Part shown: piece by piece, positions 54,958-63,442 of the stretch
Numbering within the stretch: position 1 is the stretch's first letter
Layout of the letters: the number at the start of each line of letters is the position of its first letter
NCBI GenBank assembly: GCA_964410185.1
Contig: CAYPFM010000002.1
Location: 6,047-70,046, forward strand
Direction of reading: 5' to 3'
From: an uncultured Candidatus Saccharibacteria bacterium
Lineage (GTDB): Bacteria > Patescibacteriota > Saccharimonadia > Saccharimonadales > JAUPVS01
DNA: 64,000 nucleotides
The notes under the pieces: generated by a model
Seen by the model: the letters and a program-made list of their open reading frames with translations, nothing else
Databases searched by the model: none
Told to the model about the DNA's origin: nothing
Position numbers and translations under genes: made by a program

Positions 54958-55416
54958 ATGAAGAAATCATTCCACCTAACCGCCGAAGGCATTGCCGAAC
55001 TAAAAGCTGAGGTCGCTGGCCTCATTGCTGAACGTGGCCCTGTCGCTGAGCGCATTAAGGCTGCCCGTGAATTTGGTGACCTCGCCGAAAACGCCGAATA
55101 CACCTCCGCCCGCCAAGAACAAGAACGTGTCGAAAGCCGCATCGCCGAAATCGAACACATTTTGCTGAACGTTGAACTGATTAAAAAGCCAAAAGGTGAC
55201 AGTAAAGTCCAGCTCGGCTCCAAAGTCAGCCTCAAAGGCAACGGCAAAACCAAAGACTTCCAGGTTGTTGGCACCGTCGAAGCCGACCCGCTGAATGGCA
55301 AGATCTCTGACGAATCACCAATCGGCCAAGCCCTCCTCGGCAAGAAAGTTGGCGACAGCGTCGAAATCACCACTCCTGCCGAAAGCCACACCTACACCGT
55401 CGCCGCGATTAGCTAG
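54958..55416 (+). CDS. greA: Transcription elongation factor GreA
   Basis: Coiled-coil with DLAENAEYTSARQEQ, and a C-terminal domain ISDESPIGQALLGKKVGD. Confidence 0.92.
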   Translation: MKKSFHLTAEGIAELKAEVAGLIAERGPVAERIKAAREFGDLAENAEYTSARQEQERVESRIAEIEHILLNVELIKKPKGDSKVQLGSKVSLKGNGKTKDFQVVGTVEADPLNGKISDESPIGQALLGKKVGDSVEITTPAESHTYTVAAIS

Positions 55417-55568
55417 TTTTCTCTCCGCGCATTACTGCGTCGATTGTTCCAGTGCTCCTTCACCGTACGAGTACGTACGGCTCAGTCCGCGCTTCACAAT
55501 TTCCTTGTACTGCATCGGAGATAAAGCCTAGCTTTAGCAAAGGGAAATCTTTATACTAGGTAAGAATT

Positions 55569-57086
55569 ATGGCCACACTAAAAGAATTTCGCGATGAGCG
55601 ACTACGTAAACTCGAAGACCTGAAAAAACTGGGCGTAAATCCGTACCCAGCCGATAGTCATCGCACGCATCATCTCAAACAAGTGACCGATGATTTCGAC
55701 AAGCTCAAAAACAAAACAGTTACTGTTGTTGGCCGCATTAAATCAATCCGTAAGTTTGGCAAGCTGGCGTTCGTGGTAGTCAAGGATGCGAATGGGGAAG
55801 TCCAACTCTTTTGGCGCCACAACGATGATGCTCAGGTCGACCACGCAAAAAGTGAGATTGCCCAAGGTGAGCTGAATTTGCTAGACTCCGGCGACTTCGT
55901 GGAAGCGACCGGTCCAGTTATTAAGACTCAAACCGGTGAGATCTCAGTCGATGTTCAAAAACTACGCTTACTGACCAAAGCCTTGCGCCCGATGCCCAGC
56001 GACCAAAGTGGCTTTACTAACAAAGAAGAACGTCTGCGTCGCCGCTACATCGACATCAACACCAATAAGGATGTCTACGACCGCTTTGTCCGCCGCAGCA
56101 AGTTCTGGCAGGCAACCCGCGACTTTATGAACAAAGAAGGTTTCATCGAAATCAATACTTCGGTTCTGGAGCACACCACTGGTGGTGCCGATGCCAACCC
56201 GTTTGTTACACACATGGATGCCCTCGACCAAGACTTCTACCTGCGCATCAGTCACGAACTACCCCTGAAGCGCCTAATTGGAGCCGGGTACGAAAAAGTC
56301 TATGACCTTGGCCCACGCTTTCGGAACGAAAACTATAGTGATGAGCATTTACCTGAACACGTAGCCTTTGAAAGTTACGCCGCCTATCAAGATTATGAAG
56401 ATGGTATGGAATTATACGAACGCTTGTTCAAATACGTTGCCATGGAAACCTGGGGCACCTTGCAGTTCGAAGACGTGCACGGCTTTAAAATTGACCTCGA
56501 ACCTAAGTGGCCGGTGGTGCGATACCCGGATATTATGAAAGAGAAGTTTGCTGTTGACGTGTTCAACCCAGATCTCGCGCAGCTCAAAAAGATTTTAACC
56601 GACCATAAAGTTAAGCTCGACGGCGAAGTGAACGTCAACCGAGCCATGGACAGTGTTTGGAAGCTGATCCGCAAAGAATCTGCCGGTCCTTTCTGGCTCG
56701 TTCACGAACCACTGTCGATTTCGCCACTCGCCAAGCAAGACCCGTCCGACCCACGTGTGACTCAGCGTTTTCACCCGGTTATTGCCGGTTCGGAGCTGGG
56801 TAACGGTTATTCGGAGCTGAATGATCCAATCGACCAACTCGGTCGCTTCCTTGAACAGCAAAAAATGCGCGATGCCGGCGATGCCGAAGCCCAAATGTTG
56901 GACATCGACTTTGTCGAAATGCTCGAATACGGCATGCCACCAACCTGTGGCTGGGGCCACTCCGAACGCTTCTTCTGGTTCTTCGAAGGCGTCACCGCCC
57001 GCGAAGGCGTGCCATTCCCACAACTCCGCAAAGAAACCGACAGTGTCACTAAAGCAATCTACCCCGAAGTAAAATTCGAGAAGTAA
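55569..57086 (+). CDS. lysS: Lysyl-tRNA synthetase (class II)
   Basis: OB-fold N-terminus (VGRIKSIRKFGKLAFVVVKD), motif 2 FRNE..S..HLPE, and motif 3 GWGHSERF. Confidence 0.95.
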   Translation: MATLKEFRDERLRKLEDLKKLGVNPYPADSHRTHHLKQVTDDFDKLKNKTVTVVGRIKSIRKFGKLAFVVVKDANGEVQLFWRHNDDAQVDHAKSEIAQGELNLLDSGDFVEATGPVIKTQTGEISVDVQKLRLLTKALRPMPSDQSGFTNKEERLRRRYIDINTNKDVYDRFVRRSKFWQATRDFMNKEGFIEINTSVLEHTTGGADANPFVTHMDALDQDFYLRISHELPLKRLIGAGYEKVYDLGPRFRNENYSDEHLPEHVAFESYAAYQDYEDGMELYERLFKYVAMETWGTLQFEDVHGFKIDLEPKWPVVRYPDIMKEKFAVDVFNPDLAQLKKILTDHKVKLDGEVNVNRAMDSVWKLIRKESAGPFWLVHEPLSISPLAKQDPSDPRVTQRFHPVIAGSELGNGYSELNDPIDQLGRFLEQQKMRDAGDAEAQMLDIDFVEMLEYGMPPTCGWGHSERFFWFFEGVTAREGVPFPQLRKETDSVTKAIYPEVKFEK

Positions 57087-57088
57087 GC

Positions 57089-57460
57089 GTGCAAGTTCCC
57101 ACCGACGACGAATTTGACGACTTGGTCAGCCACGCCCTCGATTCATTGCCGCAAAAATACACCAGCAAGTTGCTGGGCAGTGTAGCGATTGTCTATGCCG
57201 ACGAGCCCACCCAGCAACAGCGCGAACAGCTCCAGTTACGCGGTGACCAAACACTGCTTGGTTTATACGAAGGCGTGCCGCTGCCAGCCCGTGGCGGTAT
57301 GACCAAGCTGCTGCCCGATAAGATTACATTGTTCAAAATCCCCCTGGCCATGCACAGTATTGATCACGAGGCTATGCAAGAAAACGTTCGTCACACCCTC
57401 TGGCACGAGATGGCACATTACTTTGGCTTGGACCATAAGCGCATCCACGAGCTCGAATAA
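57089..57460 (+). CDS. Minimal zincin-like metallopeptidase family protein (DUF1025-like)
   Basis: HTLWHEMAHYFGLD (HExxH). 123 aa with a GTG start 3 nt after the lysS stop. Confidence 0.65.
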   Translation: MQVPTDDEFDDLVSHALDSLPQKYTSKLLGSVAIVYADEPTQQQREQLQLRGDQTLLGLYEGVPLPARGGMTKLLPDKITLFKIPLAMHSIDHEAMQENVRHTLWHEMAHYFGLDHKRIHELE

Positions 57461-57477
57461 TCCTGTATGATGAGAGC

Positions 57478-57792
57478 ATGAAAGCAACCTTCAACAATCA
57501 AACCATCGCCGAGGCTGACAAAGCCGATTTAATTTACATCGAAGGGAACTGGTATTTCCCACCAGCTGCCGTGAAACAGGAGTTACTCGAAAAGAGTGAT
57601 ACCCCGTATACCTGTCCCTGGAAAGGCGTCTGCCAATACTTTAACGTTGTGGTCGGTGACCAAACTGCCAAAGACTGCGCTTGGTCTTACCCCGAGCCGC
57701 TCGAAACAGCCATCGAAATCGTCAAAAACAGCTCCGGCAAAGACTTCAGTAACTACGTCGCGTTCTACCAGCAAGTCACCGTCGGCGAATAA
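57478..57792 (+). CDS. DUF427 domain-containing protein
   Basis: IYIEGNWYFPPAAV...CPWKGVCQYFNV matches the DUF427 pattern as I recall it. Confidence 0.7.
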   Translation: MKATFNNQTIAEADKADLIYIEGNWYFPPAAVKQELLEKSDTPYTCPWKGVCQYFNVVVGDQTAKDCAWSYPEPLETAIEIVKNSSGKDFSNYVAFYQQVTVGE

Positions 57793-57868
57793 GGTTTTGA
57801 GGCGTAGCCTCCTGTTGCGGCTTCGGCCTGGCGGCCTGCAGATGCAACAGCAAACTACGCTCAAAACC
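57793..57868 (+). repeat. Conserved-core hairpin repeat, copy R4, immediately after the DUF427 stop
   Basis: Outer stems GGTTTTGAG.CGTAG/CTACGCTCAAAACC and CTGTTGC/GCAACAG surround the core GGCTTCGGCCTGGCGGCCTGCAGAT. Confidence 0.8.
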
Positions 57869-57910
57869 ACGTCAACGGAACTGTTGTGTTGAAATCGTAA
57901 CGTGGCTAAT

Positions 57911-57996
57911 AAGAGGTCTTAGCAATAGTAAGCACTGCATCTACAGGCCGCCAGGCCGAAGCCGCAGTGTGCACTATTGACTAAGACCTCTTTTTG
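57911..57996 (+). repeat. Conserved-core hairpin repeat, copy R5 (core inverted), followed by a T-run and so a probable intrinsic terminator
   Basis: Outer stem AAGAGGTCTTAG.AATAGT/ACTATT.ACTAAGACCTCTT. Core is GCACTGCATCTACAGGCCGCCAGGCCGAAGCCGCAGTGTGC. TTTTT follows. Confidence 0.75.
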
Positions 57997-58041
57997 GGGC
58001 ATGATTACACTATAGAGACCAACTAAGGAGGACTAACGTAT

Positions 58042-58593
58042 ATGGCAAAAAAATCTGATAATACCGCCGTTTACTGGTGGGCACTAACTCTTCGTGGCGT
58101 TGCTGCGATTATGTTTGGTGCAGCTGCAGTGTTCTGGCCAGGCCTAACACTTGTAACTCTCGTCTATCTCATCAGTGCGTTCGTACTGGTAGCTGGACTT
58201 ATTAACGTTGTAGAAGGTGTCGTATCAATCGGCCAACACCGCGCTTGGGCTTTGACGCTCTTCCTCGGTTTGTTGCAGGTTGGTGTAGGTGTTTACTTGC
58301 TTCGACACCCACAAGTAACCTTCGCTACCTTCATCTTGGTAGCCGGTTTGATGTTCATCGCTCGCGGTATCCTCGAAGTTGTTGTTGCATTGGCAGAAGA
58401 TGGCGTCAGCGCCACCGGCCGCATGCTGACAATTGTCGCCGGTATCTTCGCGTTCTTGGTTGGTGTGCTTTTGCTCTTCCAGCCAGTCGCCAGCGGTGTT
58501 GCTTTTGTCTGGATCCTTGGCTTGTACGCCTTGGTTACCGGTCCAATCATGATCGCCGTATCACTCGACGTCAAAAAAGCACTCGAACAATAA
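58042..58593 (+). CDS. HdeD/DUF308 family membrane protein
   Basis: YWWALTLRGVAAIMFGAAAVFWPG and six helices. AAGGAGG Shine-Dalgarno lies upstream. Confidence 0.7.
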   Translation: MAKKSDNTAVYWWALTLRGVAAIMFGAAAVFWPGLTLVTLVYLISAFVLVAGLINVVEGVVSIGQHRAWALTLFLGLLQVGVGVYLLRHPQVTFATFILVAGLMFIARGILEVVVALAEDGVSATGRMLTIVAGIFAFLVGVLLLFQPVASGVAFVWILGLYALVTGPIMIAVSLDVKKALEQ

Positions 58594-58697
58594 CAATACC
58601 TAAATCAGTCCCGGTCTCTCTAAACCACTCAACCGCCTCGCAAGGGGCGGTTGTTTTATCTATGGTACATTTCCGACTGCACCTATCCTGCAATCCA

Positions 58698-58840
58698 TTT
58701 TCTTTGCTATGGTTTTTGGAGCACGAGTTAATCAGTTTTTAAGAATTCAGATTAAATAACTTCAGAATGTTATTAACTTAGTTAATCTGAATTCTTACCT
58801 TTTGGTTAAATGGTGCTCCAAAAACCATAGCAGGCAAAAA
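58698..58840 (+). mobile_element. MITE-like palindromic element, copy 4 (shorter centre)
   Basis: GCTATGGTTTTTGGAGCACGAGTTAA...TTAATCTGAATTCTTACCTTTTGGTTAAATGGTGCTCCAAAAACCATAGCAGGCAAAAA. The centre is 26 bp. Confidence 0.7.
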
Positions 58841-58877
58841 CCTATGTAGGTTAACTCGCGCCAAACCACGAACAGCG

Positions 58878-58883
58878 TATACT
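58878..58883 (+). promoter_or_regulatory. -10 element placed for a leaderless msrA mRNA
   Basis: TATACT-AAAAGC-ATG (N6). Confidence 0.45.
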
Positions 58884-58889
58884 AAAAGC

Positions 58890-59375
58890 ATGAATCAAGA
58901 AGCGATTTTCGCCGCGGGCTGTTTTTGGGGAGTGCAATTTTACTTTGATCAAATCCCTGGTGTTACGCACACCGAAGTTGGCTACACCGGCGGCCACACC
59001 CAGAACCCAACCTACGAAGAAGTTTGCACGCATACTACCGGCCATGCCGAAGCCGTCCTGGTTGGTTTTGATCCCAGCCAAGTCAGCTACCAAACCTTGC
59101 TCAAACATTTTTTTCGTATGCACGACCCAACCCAGTTGAATCGCCAGGGTCCAGACATTGGTGATAGCTACCGCAGCACCATTTTTTACTTTAGTGACGA
59201 ACAAAAGGCGCAGGCCGAAAAGGCGAAAGCCGAAGCCCAAAAGAACTTCACAGAACCGATTGTTACTCAGATCGTCAGGCCCGATGTTTTTTACCCAGCC
59301 GAGGACTACCACCAAAAGTATGCCGAACGGACCGGGCGGGGAATGTGCCACATTCCGTACCAATCTGTTAGCTAA
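58890..59375 (+). CDS. msrA: Peptide-methionine (S)-S-oxide reductase MsrA
   Basis: Catalytic GCFWGVQ, plus GYTGG and HDPTQLNRQGPDIG..YRS. Confidence 0.93.
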   Translation: MNQEAIFAAGCFWGVQFYFDQIPGVTHTEVGYTGGHTQNPTYEEVCTHTTGHAEAVLVGFDPSQVSYQTLLKHFFRMHDPTQLNRQGPDIGDSYRSTIFYFSDEQKAQAEKAKAEAQKNFTEPIVTQIVRPDVFYPAEDYHQKYAERTGRGMCHIPYQSVS

Positions 59376-59378
59376 CTG

Positions 59379-59387
59379 TGCTAAAGT
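59379..59387 (+). promoter_or_regulatory. Extended -10 placed for a leaderless heliorhodopsin mRNA
   Basis: TGcTAAAGT-AGAGGC-ATG (N6), located just after the msrA stop. Confidence 0.4.
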
Positions 59388-59393
59388 AGAGGC

Positions 59394-60299
59394 ATGGCAA
59401 AAAAATCTACTACCAAAAAACCTGTTAAGAAATCAGTCAAATCAGCTGCGTCAACCAGCAAGACCAGTAAGGCCACGAAGGCTGTGCAGCCTGCCAAGGT
59501 CGCCACGAAGGTAAAGGTCAAAAAGCCGATTACTTTCGCTAGCCTCAATAAATGGAATCTTGTGATGGCCGCGTTGCACTTTATCCAGGGTGTGGCCGTG
59601 GTTATTCTCAGCACCAACGCCAGCTTCCCAGTCACCACCAGCTACCTCACACTCGATACGCTTGCTTCCAAGAGCGGCAGTCCAGTTTTGGTGTCGGCTA
59701 GTCGACACCTTGCCGATATAAACCTGGCCTACCTCGTGGCGGCCTTTTTCTTTATATCCGCTGCAGCCCATCTGTTTATCGCCACTGTTTATCGTAAGAC
59801 CTACGAAGCTGACCTCAAGCGTGGTGTTAACAAGGCACGTTGGTTTGAATACAGCATCAGTGCCAGCATTATGATGATCGCCATCGCCATGTTGAGCGGT
59901 GTCTACGATGTATCCAGTTTATTGATGATCTTCGCACTCGACTTCGTTATGAACATGATGGGACTAGTTATGGAAGTGCACAACCAGACCACCAAAAAGA
60001 CCAGCTGGCTGAGCTACATTATTGGTTGTATTGCCGGCATCGTGCCATGGATTGTCTTTGCTATCTACGTAGCTGGCGCTCGCAACTACGGCAGTGGCCA
60101 GATTCCAAGCTTCGTCTATTGGATCTACTTGAGTATGTTCATCTTCTTCAGTAGCTTTGCCGTTAATATGTTCTTGCAGTATCGCAAGATTGGTAAGTGG
60201 GCCGACTACCTGTACGGCGAACGCGTATACATGATCTTGAGTTTAGTCGCTAAGTCGCTGCTCGCCTGGCAGGTCTTCTTTGGAGCCTTGCGACCGTAA
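59394..60299 (+). CDS. Heliorhodopsin with ~45-aa Lys-rich N-terminal extension
   Basis: Seven TM helices. It matches remembered HeR-48C12 blocks: ALHFIQ (H23 region), AAAHLF (H80), RWFEYSISASIMMIAIA (counterion Glu), GCIAGIVPWIV, FFSSFAVNMFLQY and GERVYMILSLVAKSLLAWQVF (Schiff-base Lys). Confidence 0.85.
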   Translation: MAKKSTTKKPVKKSVKSAASTSKTSKATKAVQPAKVATKVKVKKPITFASLNKWNLVMAALHFIQGVAVVILSTNASFPVTTSYLTLDTLASKSGSPVLVSASRHLADINLAYLVAAFFFISAAAHLFIATVYRKTYEADLKRGVNKARWFEYSISASIMMIAIAMLSGVYDVSSLLMIFALDFVMNMMGLVMEVHNQTTKKTSWLSYIIGCIAGIVPWIVFAIYVAGARNYGSGQIPSFVYWIYLSMFIFFSSFAVNMFLQYRKIGKWADYLYGERVYMILSLVAKSLLAWQVFFGALRP

Positions 60300-60307
60300 G
60301 CACTGAT

Positions 60308-60931
60308 ATGAAGCATGTCATCTTTGACTTCGACGGCACGCTGGTAGACAGTTTGCCGGTAGTGATCGAGATCTTCCACCAGGTGGTGCCAGATTTTCCT
60401 TTGCCCGAAACCGAGCTGGCCAAGCTACGCGAAATGCCGCCGCGCGAGATTCTTAAGTACAGTGGCATCCCATACTGGCGACTGCCGAAGCTGTTACTTC
60501 AGGGCAAACGCCTCCTGGGACAGCACTTAGACGAACTCAAAGTCTTTCCGGGGATTGATGATGTCGTCAAAAGCCTCCATCAGGCGGGTTACCAAATCTC
60601 GGTGGTAAGTTCCAATAGCGAAGAAAACATTCGTAATGTCTTAAAGCGGGAAGGGATTGAGGCCTATTTTGCCGGTGTCTACGGTAACGTCGGGCTCTTT
60701 AACAAAACGCGCGCCTTCAAGGTGGTACTCAAAGACCAGCAGGCCACCGTCAAAGATGCTATTTACATCGGTGACGAGGTTCGTGACATCGAAGCTGCCC
60801 ACAAGGGCAATATCCCTGTTATCTCGGTCACCTGGGGCTACAACGGTGAAAAAATCTTAACCAAGTACAAGCCAACCTACTTGGCGCACACTCCCCAAGA
60901 GATGCTAAAAATTATTCAGGAAGCCGCCTAA
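60308..60931 (+). CDS. HAD-superfamily hydrolase (phosphoglycolate phosphatase-like)
   Basis: Motif I is FDFDGTLVDS, motif II VVSSNS, motif IV GDEVRDIEAA. Confidence 0.85.
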   Translation: MKHVIFDFDGTLVDSLPVVIEIFHQVVPDFPLPETELAKLREMPPREILKYSGIPYWRLPKLLLQGKRLLGQHLDELKVFPGIDDVVKSLHQAGYQISVVSSNSEENIRNVLKREGIEAYFAGVYGNVGLFNKTRAFKVVLKDQQATVKDAIYIGDEVRDIEAAHKGNIPVISVTWGYNGEKILTKYKPTYLAHTPQEMLKIIQEAA

Positions 60932-60933
60932 CC

Positions 60934-61629
60934 GTGCGACTACATCGTTTCTACACCGGTGCCGACTTGTATCTAGAGCACTATGTTGAACTTACCGACA
61001 AACGTCTGCTCGAACAATGGAACAAAGTCTTGCGCTTTCGCCCCGGCCAAGAAGTCATTCTATTTGATGGCCAAGCCCACGAGCGCCTGTATGTATTAAA
61101 TGAACTTTCCAAAAGTGTCGCCAAGCTAGAGCTGATAACTGACTTTGAACGCCGGTTGCCGAGCCGCAACGTCTACTTGTTTTGGAGCCTGCTTAAAAAA
61201 GATAAAAACGACTGGGTTTTGCAGAAGGCGACCGAGTTGGGGGTCAGCCACTTCGTCCCGCTGCTGGCCGAACGTTCCGAGAAAACTGGCTTCAACAACG
61301 AGCGGGCCGAAAAAATCGTCATGGAAGCCGCCGAGCAGTGTGGCCGCAGCGATTTGCCGTCGGTTCGCCAGCCGGTATTGCTGCAGACCGCTCTCCACGA
61401 ATTTAGCGCCAAGATTCCGCTCTTCGTCTGTGAACAGCATGAGCTCACCAAGCCCAAAACTCCCAACTATAAAGAGGTGGGTGTCTTGATTGGTCCAGAA
61501 GGTGGTTGGAGCGACAAAGAGAAGCAGCTCTTCCTGACCCAAGAAGTCGGCCGTCTGCCTCTGGGAGACTTCACCCTGCGCGCCGAAACCGCCGCCGTTG
61601 TGGCCAGCGCCAAACTGTTGCAAACTTAA
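60934..61629 (+). CDS. rsmE: 16S rRNA (uracil1498-N3)-methyltransferase RsmE
   Basis: MRLHRFY N-terminus with a PUA-like domain. SPOUT C-terminus is GPEGGWSDKE...LGDFTLRAETAA. Confidence 0.85.
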   Translation: MRLHRFYTGADLYLEHYVELTDKRLLEQWNKVLRFRPGQEVILFDGQAHERLYVLNELSKSVAKLELITDFERRLPSRNVYLFWSLLKKDKNDWVLQKATELGVSHFVPLLAERSEKTGFNNERAEKIVMEAAEQCGRSDLPSVRQPVLLQTALHEFSAKIPLFVCEQHELTKPKTPNYKEVGVLIGPEGGWSDKEKQLFLTQEVGRLPLGDFTLRAETAAVVASAKLLQT

Positions 61630-61656
61630 GCAGAATATGCTATAGTAATAGCTAGT

Positions 61657-62370
61657 ATGAAAGAACGTCTTTCGCAACCAAAACCAACCTCTCACCGCAA
61701 GCGCCTTACTCCGGTGATTGTTAAAGCTGCCGCGCCGCTCTTTATGGCCAGCGCCTTTTTAGCCAGTTGCGCCCCAAGCCCCGAGTCACAGGTTGTCGGT
61801 TCGGTGCCCGAGCAGACCTGCCCTAAGCCAGTTCACACCAATGAACAGTTCGAAATTCAGTATGCCGACGAAGCAACTGCCGAAGCAGCCAACGATCTTC
61901 GGGCATGGCTAGAAGAGAGAATCTGCCAAAAGGCTACCCAAGCAGCCCAGAGAATTGTTAAAAACTATCAAGAGGTTGATCACAGTGGACTGGTGCATAA
62001 GGACGCTGGTGTCAGGGGCGGTGTCTACCATGTTGGCTATCGGCTCGCTGAACACGAGTATGCCGATACCAGCTTTGGCCTGAACGCCGAGGGCGGGCCA
62101 GATTTTGGCAACCTGTTGGCGGTTAGCTCCAGCAGACGCGTTACCGAGGATGGGAAGTACGTTGGTATGGAGCGTTACTCGGCTACCAAAACGGACGGCT
62201 TATGGGGCCTTGAGTATTCAAAATCGTATCTAGACCCAAGCCATCGTGGGACTGAACATTTTTCCGCCTCCGAGTCGTTAACCAGTCTACCCCTCCATGC
62301 GACAATGGCTGACCTCGGACAGTTCCGAGCCGACGTCGAACTGCACACGACCTTGCTCGCAGCCGTTTAA
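61657..62370 (+). CDS. Hypothetical lipoprotein (237 aa)
   Basis: Signal peptide with lipobox FLASC. It is a paralogue of the partial ORF at 63443, sharing ...IC..A...A...IKNYQ. Confidence 0.55.
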   Translation: MKERLSQPKPTSHRKRLTPVIVKAAAPLFMASAFLASCAPSPESQVVGSVPEQTCPKPVHTNEQFEIQYADEATAEAANDLRAWLEERICQKATQAAQRIVKNYQEVDHSGLVHKDAGVRGGVYHVGYRLAEHEYADTSFGLNAEGGPDFGNLLAVSSSRRVTEDGKYVGMERYSATKTDGLWGLEYSKSYLDPSHRGTEHFSASESLTSLPLHATMADLGQFRADVELHTTLLAAV

Positions 62371-62379
62371 TCGAAAAAC

Positions 62380-63414
62380 ATGCAAATTATCCCAAAGAGT
62401 CCGGAACAGTTAGAGGCCCAGGTGGCGGCTTTTGCAACCATGGCCGACATTACCGAACCATTTCAGCGCTTATTGATTCGGGAAATTGGTGAGATTGCAG
62501 CCCTTGGCCCACGCGAAGTCAGCGCTGCTTACACTGAGTTTTTACGCCACCCAGACGCCACCCAAGCCGAGTTGCTGGAGAGCCGGGTCGCGCTTGCCGA
62601 ATCGTACCAAGACTTTGCACCAGCTGTTGCCGAAACGGGTTTATTGGCGGCAAGCCATGGTGAGCGCACGAGCAGCCCGTTATACTTGGCGGCCGGTGGC
62701 ATGAGCGCGGCCTTTGCGCTGAACGCACAGAACGAGCAGCTGGTCCTGCGAATCCCAAAAGCCAACAAGAACCAAAGCTATGACAGCAGTAGCCTGGTGG
62801 AACATTACGTTGACGGCTTGATTCGAGGTGTTGGTGTAAACGGGCTGGAACAGATACGAGCCTACTCGTACCGCGACGGCGTCACGATTTCGGAATTTAT
62901 ACCTGGAAACATGGCTGGATTCCTGGAGGCGGACGAGGTAGCCAGCATAACTACGGAACAAACCGAGCAGCTCCTTGATGCCCTCGAGGTGATGGATCAG
63001 AAGGATTTAATACTCGATAGTAAGGCCGGCAATCTGATGTACGACACGGCTGCTGGTTTTAATATTGTTGATTATCACTACCAGGGTCCGGAGCGTTTTG
63101 GGCTGCCACAAACATTGGGCGAAAAGATTGCCAGCAGTCTTAAATTTGTCACCATGACACAAATGCATATGGAAACTGCCGAGGATTTTGAGCGAGAGCA
63201 TCAGATTCTCGTAGCTGGCCTGGCATTTGCTCGTACCTTAGAACAAGCCTGCAAACGCCGTTATCCCGATGACAGTGACCTACTTGATGATCTGGCCCAC
63301 AAGACGCAGCAGCTGGCTGAACGCGTCCAAGTAACCGGTGATCCTATCTGGGTACAATCCCAGATCAATCGCCGCGCCCTACGCAACAATGCAGCTGACT
63401 CTAATTGGCTCTAG
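62380..63414 (+). CDS. Hypothetical protein with protein-kinase-like (PKL) fold signatures
   Basis: Gly-rich AAGGMSAAF, LVLRIPK (VAIK-like Lys), hinge ISEFIPG, catalytic-loop-like LDSKAGNLMYD (DxKxxN), and IVDY in place of DFG. Confidence 0.45.
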   Translation: MQIIPKSPEQLEAQVAAFATMADITEPFQRLLIREIGEIAALGPREVSAAYTEFLRHPDATQAELLESRVALAESYQDFAPAVAETGLLAASHGERTSSPLYLAAGGMSAAFALNAQNEQLVLRIPKANKNQSYDSSSLVEHYVDGLIRGVGVNGLEQIRAYSYRDGVTISEFIPGNMAGFLEADEVASITTEQTEQLLDALEVMDQKDLILDSKAGNLMYDTAAGFNIVDYHYQGPERFGLPQTLGEKIASSLKFVTMTQMHMETAEDFEREHQILVAGLAFARTLEQACKRRYPDDSDLLDDLAHKTQQLAERVQVTGDPIWVQSQINRRALRNNAADSNWL

Positions 63415-63442
63415 TCATCAAAATATGATATAGTTTGCTCTA

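Noticed and set aside
6385-58840. The four copies of the ~150-bp repeat considered as a possible CRISPR array or integron attC sites.
   Set aside because: The copies are 9-32 kb apart rather than regularly spaced with short spacers. No cas or intI genes are present. The flanking genes are core housekeeping genes, not cassettes.
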